Positions 23,144 to 31,260 of a DNA stretch of 45,009 nucleotides are shown here, one piece after another (within the stretch, counting starts at the first letter, position 1; every line of letters begins with the position of its first letter). Source of the DNA: Alphaproteobacteria bacterium (GTDB lineage: Bacteria; Pseudomonadota; Alphaproteobacteria; Rs-D84); assembly GCA_016301865.1 (NCBI GenBank), contig JAEDOP010000001.1, positions 1-45,009 of the forward strand, read 5' to 3'. A program made the translations under genes and the position numbers. The notes beneath the pieces are model-generated. The model had not been told where the DNA came from and did not search any database. It saw only the letters and a list, made by a program, of their open reading frames with translations.

Positions 23144-23369
23144 AATTGTTTCCGATGCGAAACGAAAGATTGACAAAGAACGACAACGTGGCGATTTTCG
23201 ACCCGCACCGTATTTCGATGCGCAAGCGGCCGCCGGAATGTGCGACCCTACGAATTACGGCGGTAACAACAAATCCGAATGGATAAAGAAATTGGCAACC
23301 GCCGCCGCGTACATCCTTTGCGAAATCGAAACAATACAAGCAATTAAGGGCGACGGAATATTGAAATGA
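23124..23369 (+). CDS. Hypothetical protein (81 aa)
   Basis: ATG at 23124 is chosen within track ORF 23070..23369. Confidence 0.5.
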   Translation: MARAAIEIVSDAKRKIDKERQRGDFRPAPYFDAQAAAGMCDPTNYGGNNKSEWIKKLATAAAYILCEIETIQAIKGDGILK

Positions 23370-23509
23370 TAATATTGTTTCAAAACAAAGAACAATTCTT
23401 GTTGTTGCCAACATTTGGAATCGTTTTCGATGATGGCAGCGTTTGGTTTACTGTCGCATTTGCCTTTTATGGCGTATCGTTTCGCGTGTATAGGTTCCCG
23501 GATGATTGA
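23366..23509 (+). CDS. Possible small hydrophobic protein (47 aa)
   Basis: ATGA overlap with the upstream stop. Hand translation gives MIILFQNKEQFLLLPTFGIVFDDGSVWFTVAFAFYGVSFRVYRFPDD. Weak call. Confidence 0.3.
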   Translation: MIILFQNKEQFLLLPTFGIVFDDGSVWFTVAFAFYGVSFRVYRFPDD

Positions 23510-23565
23510 CACCCGGGAATCGTTATGTTTTGAAAATTAACTAACTTTGCAAAAACCCCTGAATT

Positions 23566-24105
23566 ATGGAACAGACCGAACCAAAAAAGAAAGGACGCAA
23601 ACCACAATGGACTGATACCAAAGTGGAAATTATGTGCAAGGCCATTGCAGACGGTAAGAGTTACAAAGACGCTTTTACGGCCGCCCGTGTGTCCAAAGCG
23701 ACGTTTTATAAGCATCTTGCCGAAGATTCGGACTTTCAAGACCGAGTAAAAAAGGCCGAACAGACATACCAAGAATGGTACGATTCCCAATTGGTAGTTG
23801 ACTGTAAACGTTCATTGCTTGAACTGATACGCGGTTACGAATGGGATGAAACCACAACGGAAACGGCAACGGGGAAAGACGGCAAAGAAGCGGTTACGAA
23901 AAAAAAGGTTGTCCACAAAAAGGCTGCGCCGAATCCAACGGCGATTATCTTTGCATTGTGCAACCGTGCGCCGGGCGAATGGTCCAATAAGCACATCCAA
24001 GAATTAAGCGGAAAGATTGAAACGGAAACCAAACCGGGCATTACGTTGGCCAATGTTCCAGATAACCTGTTGGCGCAAGTTATTGACGCAATAAATGGGA
24101 AATAA
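23566..24105 (+). CDS. terS: Terminase small subunit
   Basis: N-terminal HTH (GRKPQWTDTKVEIMCKAIADGKSYKDAFTAARVSKATFYKHLAED) and a position upstream of terL. TAacTTTG lies at 23542-23549. Confidence 0.6.
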   Translation: MEQTEPKKKGRKPQWTDTKVEIMCKAIADGKSYKDAFTAARVSKATFYKHLAEDSDFQDRVKKAEQTYQEWYDSQLVVDCKRSLLELIRGYEWDETTTETATGKDGKEAVTKKKVVHKKAAPNPTAIIFALCNRAPGEWSNKHIQELSGKIETETKPGITLANVPDNLLAQVIDAINGK

Positions 24106-24143
24106 TGTTCGGATATTGCGCACATAGGAATTTATAATTTAAT

Positions 24144-24482
24144 ATGGCAAAATATATACATCGCAATATTTGGAATTGGGGCCGAAAAGATACCATCGTA
24201 ATTGCGGACGGTCGCGCATTGTGTCAATTGTCCGTTGAGGATGAAAACCCGGCCGTTGCGTATTTGTCCGATGTTATCGTGTTGGAATCGGCCCGTGGTT
24301 GTGGCCTTGGTAATGACTTGTTGGAAGCGGCAAAGGAACACGCCCGGGAAATGGGCGCAAAAATGTTGTGTTTGTGGGCGGACCCGGAACAATGGGTGGT
24401 TGAGTGGTACAAACGGCACGGATTCAAACAACAATGCGTGTATGATGATGGGATGGTTGGTTTAACGTTTGATTTGGAATAA
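24144..24482 (+). CDS. GNAT-family N-acetyltransferase (112 aa)
   Basis: VIVLESARGCGLGNDLLEAAKEHAREMGAKML...YKRHGF contains the acetyl-CoA binding motif A (R/Q-x-x-G-x-G/A). Confidence 0.7.
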   Translation: MAKYIHRNIWNWGRKDTIVIADGRALCQLSVEDENPAVAYLSDVIVLESARGCGLGNDLLEAAKEHAREMGAKMLCLWADPEQWVVEWYKRHGFKQQCVYDDGMVGLTFDLE

Positions 24483-26998
24483 TGGACGTTGATACGATGC
24501 AAATAACCCGGATGTTGACCGAACACCCGGAAATGTTCTTGCAAGAGGGCGCACGGCGAAACCTGTTGTGGTACGCGCAATATATGGACCCCAACTTTCA
24601 GCCAACGCCGTTCCATCGGGCGTATTATGCCGTATTGGACCGGTTCGCCAAACGCCAAATCAAAAAACTAATCATACAGGCCCCGCCGCAACACGGAAAA
24701 GCATTGCGGGAAGATACGCCGGTATTGACGACAAGCGGATGGAAAAGACACGCGGATTTGCGGCCCGGAGATTATGTATTTGGCGAAGATGGGAAACCGC
24801 GCCGTGTTAAATGGAATAGCGGCGTTTATAAATGCGAATCGCAACGTGTGTGTTTCGCCGATGGCTTTTCGTTGATTGCGGCCCGTCAACACGAATGGGT
24901 CGTGTATGCGGACCACGACGACCATAAAGGCCGTATCCGGGAAATCGTCGAAACTCAAAATTTGTTTTCAAGACGGAACCGGCGCAATCCATATATCCCG
25001 GCCAATGCAATTATTGATATGCCGAAGCGTGATTTGCCTATTTCGCCGTATCTGTTGGGTCTTTGGTTGGGCGACGGGAATAGTTTTGACAAATGGATAA
25101 GTTGCGGGGCGGAAGATATTGAACACTTGCGGCCATTTGCGGTTCAAATCAAACAGGACAAAACGGCATATCGTGTACATTTGTGCGGATTGGAAACGAA
25201 AGATTTGCGCCGCATTAGTGTATTGTTCAACAAACATATCCCCGTCGAATATTTGTTGGCAGATGTTGAAAGTAGGCGCGAATTATTACGTGGATTGATG
25301 GATACGGATGGATGCGTCAATACACGGGGAACGTGCGAATTTTGCCAGAAAGACGGCCAATTAGCAAACGATGTTTACGTGTTGTTGCGGACATTGGGTT
25401 ATAAGCCAACGCGACACACATACATTGCGCGTCTATATGGAAAAGATTGTGGCAATAAGGTTCGAATAACGTTTAATCCGGACCGGGACGATAAAATCTT
25501 TGACATTCAGCGAAAACAACAAAGATTGGAAAATAAATCGTGTTTGGACCGGGACGATAAAAAACGATTCTTTATTGAATCTGTTAACGAATACGGAAAT
25601 GCGGACGTTAATTGTATTGAGGTTGACGGCGGAATATATCTTGCGGGATATGAACTTGTACCAACGCATAATTCCCAAGGGTCAAGCCGGTTTCTTCCAT
25701 CCGATATGTTGGGCCATTTCCCGGATTTGAAGATATGTATTTGTTCGTATGCGGCGACCATTGCAAAGGATTTCAACCGGGACGTTCAACGTTTGATTGA
25801 TTCGGATAAATACCGGGCCATATTCCCAGATACGCAATTGAACGGGTCGAACGTTGTTACAGTTGCCAATAATTACTTGCGAAATTCGGACGTTTTCGAA
25901 ATCGTGAATCATACCGGTTCGTTGCGTGTCGTTGGTCGTGGTGGTTCGCTTACATCCAAGACCGTTGACGTAATGATTTACGATGATTTGTATAAGGATT
26001 CGACGGAAGCGAATAGCCCGATAATCCGGACGGCCGCGTGGGATTGGTTCACGAAAGTTGCACAAACCCGTTTGCACAATGATTCGCAACAATTGGTTGT
26101 GTTTACCCGATGGAACCCCGACGACATTATTGGCAAAATCATTGAATCGGAAAAGGTTATTTTTGTAGAAAAATGGTCCGATTTAGACAACATCCCGTCC
26201 GGGGCGTGGGTATTGGTCAACTTTGAAGCAATCAAGACCGGCGAACCGACGGAAATTGACAACAGGGAACCCGGGCAACCGTTATGGCCGCAACGTCATT
26301 CGTTGGAACGCCTGTTGCAACAAAAACAATTGGACCCGTTGGGTTTCCAATGCCTGTACCAAGGTAATCCGGGCGATGCAACCGCATATCTTTACCAACC
26401 GTTCAAAACGTGGGTCGAAAAATCGGAATGGGGCCAATATATCCGTTCGGGTTGTTACGTTGATGTTGCAGACGAGGGCGATGATTTCTTATTTGCCGCA
26501 ACTTATGACATTTACCGTTCCGAAAATCAAATTTGGAATGAAGCCAAACACCGGATGGAACCGTTGTTGTTTGTGCTGATAACGGACATTGAATTTACCG
26601 ACGAGCCAACCGACGTTACGACCGTGACAGTACCCCGGATGATTAACAACAATGGCGTACAAAAAGCGTGGATTGAATCGAACAACGGCGGGTCCCAATT
26701 CGAAAAGACCGTGAAAAAAAAGGTTCGGGCGTTGACGGTCCCGTTTTACCAAAGCGAAAACAAGGAATCCCGGATTGTAACGAATGCGCCGTTTGTAAAT
26801 CAATATATCATTATGCCGTTCGGGTGGGAAACCCGGTACAAGAAATTCCACGACCATATCGTTGGGTTCTTACGCAAGTTCGATGCGAACACCCACGACG
26901 ACGACGCGGACGGATTGACCGGAATATACGAAAAGGAAATTGCCGACGGAAATACGAAACCATATAACGCCGCATCACGTGGCGTTCGCGTCCATTAA
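24482..26998 (+). CDS. terL: Terminase large subunit, interrupted by an intein (838-aa precursor, about 514 aa after splicing)
   Basis: QAPPQHGK|[intein]|SQGSS restores a GKS Walker A. Walker B is VDVMIYDDLYKD. A C-terminal nuclease-type region follows. Confidence 0.85.
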   Translation: MDVDTMQITRMLTEHPEMFLQEGARRNLLWYAQYMDPNFQPTPFHRAYYAVLDRFAKRQIKKLIIQAPPQHGKALREDTPVLTTSGWKRHADLRPGDYVFGEDGKPRRVKWNSGVYKCESQRVCFADGFSLIAARQHEWVVYADHDDHKGRIREIVETQNLFSRRNRRNPYIPANAIIDMPKRDLPISPYLLGLWLGDGNSFDKWISCGAEDIEHLRPFAVQIKQDKTAYRVHLCGLETKDLRRISVLFNKHIPVEYLLADVESRRELLRGLMDTDGCVNTRGTCEFCQKDGQLANDVYVLLRTLGYKPTRHTYIARLYGKDCGNKVRITFNPDRDDKIFDIQRKQQRLENKSCLDRDDKKRFFIESVNEYGNADVNCIEVDGGIYLAGYELVPTHNSQGSSRFLPSDMLGHFPDLKICICSYAATIAKDFNRDVQRLIDSDKYRAIFPDTQLNGSNVVTVANNYLRNSDVFEIVNHTGSLRVVGRGGSLTSKTVDVMIYDDLYKDSTEANSPIIRTAAWDWFTKVAQTRLHNDSQQLVVFTRWNPDDIIGKIIESEKVIFVEKWSDLDNIPSGAWVLVNFEAIKTGEPTEIDNREPGQPLWPQRHSLERLLQQKQLDPLGFQCLYQGNPGDATAYLYQPFKTWVEKSEWGQYIRSGCYVDVADEGDDFLFAATYDIYRSENQIWNEAKHRMEPLLFVLITDIEFTDEPTDVTTVTVPRMINNNGVQKAWIESNNGGSQFEKTVKKKVRALTVPFYQSENKESRIVTNAPFVNQYIIMPFGWETRYKKFHDHIVGFLRKFDANTHDDDADGLTGIYEKEIADGNTKPYNAASRGVRVH
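24701..25672 (+). mobile_element. Intein (324 aa) with a LAGLIDADG homing endonuclease domain, inserted in the terL P-loop
   Basis: Starts ALREDTPVLT (Ala1) and ends VPTHN followed by +1 Ser. Block B is GFSLIAARQHEW. Block F is VNCIEVDGG. LAGLIDADG motifs are LLGLWLGDGN and LLRGLMDTDGC. The endonuclease core is AT-richer than the exteins. Confidence 0.8.
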
Positions 26999-27017
26999 GG
27001 CCATTTTCGGGCGATTT
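26999..27017 (+). promoter_or_regulatory. GGCY-ATTTTCGGGCGATTT box, copy 2
   Basis: ggccATTTTCGGGCGATTT lies immediately after the terL stop. CGTTTGGCGAAAAG follows and is also echoed at 33851-33864. Confidence 0.5.
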
Positions 27018-27098
27018 TAGCCACGTTTGGCGAAAAGTTAAGGAATTACCCATTTCACAAAAGAAAATTGATTTGGTGCGATTTCTTGAAAAAATAAC

Positions 27099-27106
27099 TA
27101 CATTTG
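27099..27106 (+). promoter_or_regulatory. TAnnTTTG (-7-like) motif: candidate late/structural operon promoter
   Basis: TAcaTTTG lies 58 nt upstream of the ATG at 27164. The nearest upstream TTTG (27072-27075) is 23 nt away, longer than in cassettes A-D. Confidence 0.4.
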
Positions 27107-27163
27107 CAAACGAAAGCGGCCAAGGGTAAGCCGTGAAACCATAAACAATTAAAATTCTGTATT

Positions 27164-27814
27164 ATGTCACTTATTTGTCAATGCCCGGCCGCCGCCGCAA
27201 TTGCGACCATTCCGAACGTCACTTGCCCGGAAAATTTCGGCCAAATCCAAAAAGTTGCATTCCAACGCTTGTATAAAGCGAATGGAGTACGAAACAGTTT
27301 TACCACAACCGCCGACATTAAGTTGAAAGCGTCTTGGACCGCGTTGTTGTCCGCCGAAGATGGTTCGAAAGTGGTTGTTTCGCCTTACATCAATGCCCCG
27401 GCCGATTCCGGCGGCGATGCTCGTATGACATCCGGAGGAAACGATGATTTGGGCGGTATCGCCGAGGTATTGGGCGGCAACCCCGTTCAATTCGACGGGT
27501 CCTTGCGTTCCATCCCTCAATCCGTCATTAAGGTGATGAAAGCGTTGCAATGCGAAGCCAACGCCGGAAACCTTGGCGTGTTCCTGTTCGACGAAAACGG
27601 GAAAATAGAAGCAATCCAAGACGAAACCACGCCGACCACGTATTACCCTATTCCAATTCGTGCGTTGTTCATCGGGTCCAAGATTCACGGCAATTTCGGC
27701 GCCAAGGATTCCAACGCAATATCTTGGCAATATCCCGACAATTATTCGGACGATTTGGCCATTGTCACACCGTCCGATTTCAACCCGTTAACCGATTTGG
27801 TCCCTGCTGAATAA
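27164..27814 (+). CDS. Putative virion structural protein (216 aa)
   Basis: First gene behind the candidate late promoter. No motif assigned. Confidence 0.45.
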   Translation: MSLICQCPAAAAIATIPNVTCPENFGQIQKVAFQRLYKANGVRNSFTTTADIKLKASWTALLSAEDGSKVVVSPYINAPADSGGDARMTSGGNDDLGGIAEVLGGNPVQFDGSLRSIPQSVIKVMKALQCEANAGNLGVFLFDENGKIEAIQDETTPTTYYPIPIRALFIGSKIHGNFGAKDSNAISWQYPDNYSDDLAIVTPSDFNPLTDLVPAE

Positions 27815-28008
27815 TGAACGCCAAGACAACCACGGTAACGTTGGTTGCGAACGGCGTTACCCGGGAATTTGAATTTTCCCACGCGGAACGATTGTTAAGG
27901 ATGCCGAATAACGGCGGTTGGAAATTGCCAGAAAAAACGAAATTCGAATTTAGCGTGAACTATGGGTTACGACGTTGCCAAGATAAGGAAAAAAATAGCG
28001 GAAAATAA
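27814..28008 (+). CDS. Hypothetical protein (64 aa)
   Basis: The ATG overlaps the upstream stop (TAATG). Confidence 0.45.
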   Translation: MNAKTTTVTLVANGVTREFEFSHAERLLRMPNNGGWKLPEKTKFEFSVNYGLRRCQDKEKNSGK

Positions 28009-29704
28009 ACGTTCCGCCGTTTTGAGCCGTGCGCGATTGCATCAAATGCGTATCAAATTCCACACGGTCAAACGGGTTACGTCTTTCAATTCGCCGTACA
28101 TTTCTATTCCATTAACGCAATTTCTTGCAATGGTGGAAAATATCTTGCCGCACGATAAGTTTGTATTGTTCAAAGCACTTTTCCGTTATCCCATCAAAAC
28201 GAATGAGATAACGGAAATATGCTTTGCCAAGTTAAGCCGCATATTTGACGGCCGCAACCCCGCGTTCAATTATCAATTCGCAAATTCCGCCCAACGCGAT
28301 GATTGGGAACAATACAGGTTAAACAAGTTGAATGAACCCGAAGTATGGTCAACGAAAGGATGGGAATTTTTCAAATCCGAAATTAATTCCGTTTTAATCG
28401 TTGACGTGGCCCGGGAACAGACAACCGAATTGCCGGAACCGTATTTTTATTGGCTACCAATTGACGATGTAATTACATACAAAGCGAACCCGACAACGGG
28501 CCAAATGGATTATATCGTTTTCCGTCGCAAAGACGAAATCATTGTTTTGGACGATGAAACGTACCGGGTATGGGACGATGAAAAGCATACCGGCCAATTG
28601 GTCGGTTTGCCGAAAATTGAAGCCCCGCACGATTTGGGTTATTGCCCGGCCCGTTTCTTTTGGACCGAACCCATTTCGTTGGACGACCCGGACGTAAAGG
28701 CATCCCCGTTGTCCGCCGAATTGGAAAGTTTGGATTGGTTCGAATTTTTCCACATTTCCAAACGCCAATTGGACCTTATGGGTGCATATCCGATTTTGTC
28801 CGGGTACGAACAAAGTTGCGATTTCACGAACGCGGAAAATGGCGATTATTGCGACGGTGGGTTTTTGCGTGACAAACAAGGCCGTTACCGTCTTGATATG
28901 GCCGGATTACTGTTGCGTTGTCCGAAATGCGGGAACAAACGCATCGTCGGGGCCGGGTCCTTTGTGGAAATCCCTGTACCAAATGAAGCGGAAAACCAAC
29001 CAGATTTGCGCAACCCAGTACAGATATTGAACGTTGACCGCAACGCCCTTGATTACAATGTTGAGGAACAAAAGCGGTTGCGGGAAGAAATCATTACGGC
29101 CGTTGTCGGTCAAGAAGAAATCGTAACGAACCGCGACGCGTACAACGAACAACAGGTACAAGCGAATTTCGAAAACGTGACAACCGTTTTGAACCGGGTA
29201 AAAAAGGGTTTCGAAGCCGCCCAACAATGGGTTGACGAGACCGTTTGCCGGTTACGTTATGGACGGTATTTCATATCGGCAAAAATCAATTACGGCACGG
29301 AATTTTATTTGTATTCCCCGGATGAATTGCGGGCGCGTTATAAGGCCGCGAAGGAATCCGGCGCGTCCGAATCCGAATTGGATATGATGCAAAACCAAAT
29401 TCTGGAAACGGAATACAGGAACGACCCGGTACAATTACGCCGTATGAAGATATTGGCCGAACTTGAACCGTTCCGCCATCTTTCGCGGGTTGAGGTTAAC
29501 GAACTGTTTTCCAAAAATCTTGTATCAGAAACGGATTTGCGTATTAAATTGAACTTTCCTAATTTTGTACGCAGATTCGAACGCGAAAACACAAACATTT
29601 TGGATTTCGGTTCGGAAATTGACTACCAACGCAAGATTGAAACTATTATGGCCGAATTGCGGCGTTATGCCGATGAACAGAAACCGCAACCGGCGAATGT
29701 ATAA
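27962..29704 (+). CDS. Portal protein candidate (580 aa)
   Basis: Size and position (first large gene after terL, upstream of the scaffold and capsid genes). The start is uncertain; an alternative ATG lies at 28046. Contains a Cys4 cluster C..C...CPKC. Confidence 0.5.
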   Translation: MGYDVAKIRKKIAENKRSAVLSRARLHQMRIKFHTVKRVTSFNSPYISIPLTQFLAMVENILPHDKFVLFKALFRYPIKTNEITEICFAKLSRIFDGRNPAFNYQFANSAQRDDWEQYRLNKLNEPEVWSTKGWEFFKSEINSVLIVDVAREQTTELPEPYFYWLPIDDVITYKANPTTGQMDYIVFRRKDEIIVLDDETYRVWDDEKHTGQLVGLPKIEAPHDLGYCPARFFWTEPISLDDPDVKASPLSAELESLDWFEFFHISKRQLDLMGAYPILSGYEQSCDFTNAENGDYCDGGFLRDKQGRYRLDMAGLLLRCPKCGNKRIVGAGSFVEIPVPNEAENQPDLRNPVQILNVDRNALDYNVEEQKRLREEIITAVVGQEEIVTNRDAYNEQQVQANFENVTTVLNRVKKGFEAAQQWVDETVCRLRYGRYFISAKINYGTEFYLYSPDELRARYKAAKESGASESELDMMQNQILETEYRNDPVQLRRMKILAELEPFRHLSRVEVNELFSKNLVSETDLRIKLNFPNFVRRFERENTNILDFGSEIDYQRKIETIMAELRRYADEQKPQPANV

Positions 29705-29725
29705 CAATTAAAACCGTGAAAAGCG

Positions 29726-30172
29726 ATGATTACGAAAGATGGGCGCGATACCCCGATTGAGAAATTGACCCCGGACAACTACATTGTTCCAAAGGGCGAA
29801 GAAAAGTACTACCACGCCGTTATTGAGGTTCGGCAATTCGACCCCAAGACCGGCAACAGACTTTCGAAACCCCGTGTGCAAAAGTTTGGCAAAAAGATTT
29901 TTGAAGCCCACGTTGGCGATTCGTTGCGTAAACAGGGTTACACCGTCACGATTTTGCACGACCCTAACGTGTGGTTGAAAGAACAGGCCGAAAAGGCAGA
30001 ACAACAGGCCAAAGAACAGGCGGAAGCCAAGGCAAAGGCCGAACAAGAAAAGTTTGATGCCGCCGTTGCCGCCGCCGTTGCCAAGGCCCTTGCCGAACAA
30101 AAGGCGCAACAGGAACAGGCCGAACCGGCCAAGAAACCGGGCCGCCCCGCAAAGACTGAAACGGAAAAATAA
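29726..30172 (+). CDS. Hypothetical head-module protein with an A/E/K-rich coiled-coil tail
   Basis: C-terminal AEKAEQQAKEQAEAKAKAEQEK... ending KKPGRPAK (AT-hook-like). Confidence 0.55.
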   Translation: MITKDGRDTPIEKLTPDNYIVPKGEEKYYHAVIEVRQFDPKTGNRLSKPRVQKFGKKIFEAHVGDSLRKQGYTVTILHDPNVWLKEQAEKAEQQAKEQAEAKAKAEQEKFDAAVAAAVAKALAEQKAQQEQAEPAKKPGRPAKTETEK

Positions 30173-30229
30173 CCGCCCGGGCGAACGAAAGTAAATTGAT
30201 AATAACCAAAAATTCAAAGGGAAAGAATT

Positions 30230-31189
30230 ATGGCACTTACAACCGAACTATTGAACGCCAACGCCGCATTGTCTGGCTTGACGGATGAACAGAAAACCGC
30301 CATTGTCGAAATGTCCAAGAACGACGAAACCGCCGTTATCGGGCAAAAGACCGGCGAAATTTACGGCGGATTGGACGCGGACATTTTGGCCGCATCTGGA
30401 ATCGCCAAGAACGGGGCCGAAAAGACCTATGATTACGCCAAACGTGTTATTGGCGAAATCAAGGGCCAAGCGGGAAACGCCGCCGAACTGCAAACCAAGG
30501 TTTCCGAATTGGAAAAAGAGAAAACCCGTTTGGAAACCGTTATTGCCAAGGGCGGCGGGGACGCGGAAACCAAACGCCAATTGGACCAAGCCAAGGCTGA
30601 TTTGGCCAACGTAACCAAGGAATATACCGACCTTAAAACCAAGTACGACACGGCCGAAAGCGAACACGCAAAAGCCCTGTTTGGAATGAAGATTGACGGC
30701 GAATTTGCCAAGGCAACCGCCGGATTGAAATTTAAGGCCGATTTGCCCGCGTCTGTCATAGCCGTTTTGACTGAACAAGCGATTACCAAGGTTAAGGCGA
30801 TGAATCCGGAATACATTGATGATGGAAACGGCGGCAAGACTTTGGCATTTATGGAAAACGGCGCGGTAAAGCGCAACCCGGAAAACAATTTGCGTCCTTT
30901 CACGGCGGCGGAATTGGTCGCCAAGGAACTTTCAACAATGGGTGTGTTGGAAACCGGACGTAGGCAAACCGGGGCCGGAAGCCAAGGCGGCCAAGGCGGA
31001 AACGGTGGGAACAGTTCGGGTGGAACTGTTGACCTTTCGGGCGCACGGACGCAAGACGAAGCCCACGAAATCATTGCAAAACAACTGATGGCGGCGGGCA
31101 AAATCAACGGTTCCAAGGAATTTAACGACGCAATGCAACAGGCGTGGAAAGACAACCGCGATGTTATCAAGGCGTTACCTATCCGTTAA
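30230..31189 (+). CDS. Scaffolding protein candidate
   Basis: Highly helical and charged 319-aa protein with a G/Q/N-rich linker, immediately upstream of the capsid gene. Confidence 0.45.
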   Translation: MALTTELLNANAALSGLTDEQKTAIVEMSKNDETAVIGQKTGEIYGGLDADILAASGIAKNGAEKTYDYAKRVIGEIKGQAGNAAELQTKVSELEKEKTRLETVIAKGGGDAETKRQLDQAKADLANVTKEYTDLKTKYDTAESEHAKALFGMKIDGEFAKATAGLKFKADLPASVIAVLTEQAITKVKAMNPEYIDDGNGGKTLAFMENGAVKRNPENNLRPFTAAELVAKELSTMGVLETGRRQTGAGSQGGQGGNGGNSSGGTVDLSGARTQDEAHEIIAKQLMAAGKINGSKEFNDAMQQAWKDNRDVIKALPIR

Positions 31190-31260
31190 CAAGAAAAAAG
31201 AACAACACCGGGTAAAGGGTCAATCCGGCAAAAACATTAACAATTAAAACTTTACGCATT

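Noticed and set aside
23529-23549. TTTG / TAacTTTG upstream of terS as a canonical two-element promoter.
   Set aside because: The spacer between the two elements is only about 9 nt, against 18-19 nt in cassettes A-D. Only the -7-like motif can be noted.
24144-24482. The GNAT gene as a toxin of a GNAT/RHH-type toxin-antitoxin module.
   Set aside because: There is no small antitoxin-like ORF adjacent. The neighbours are terS and terL.
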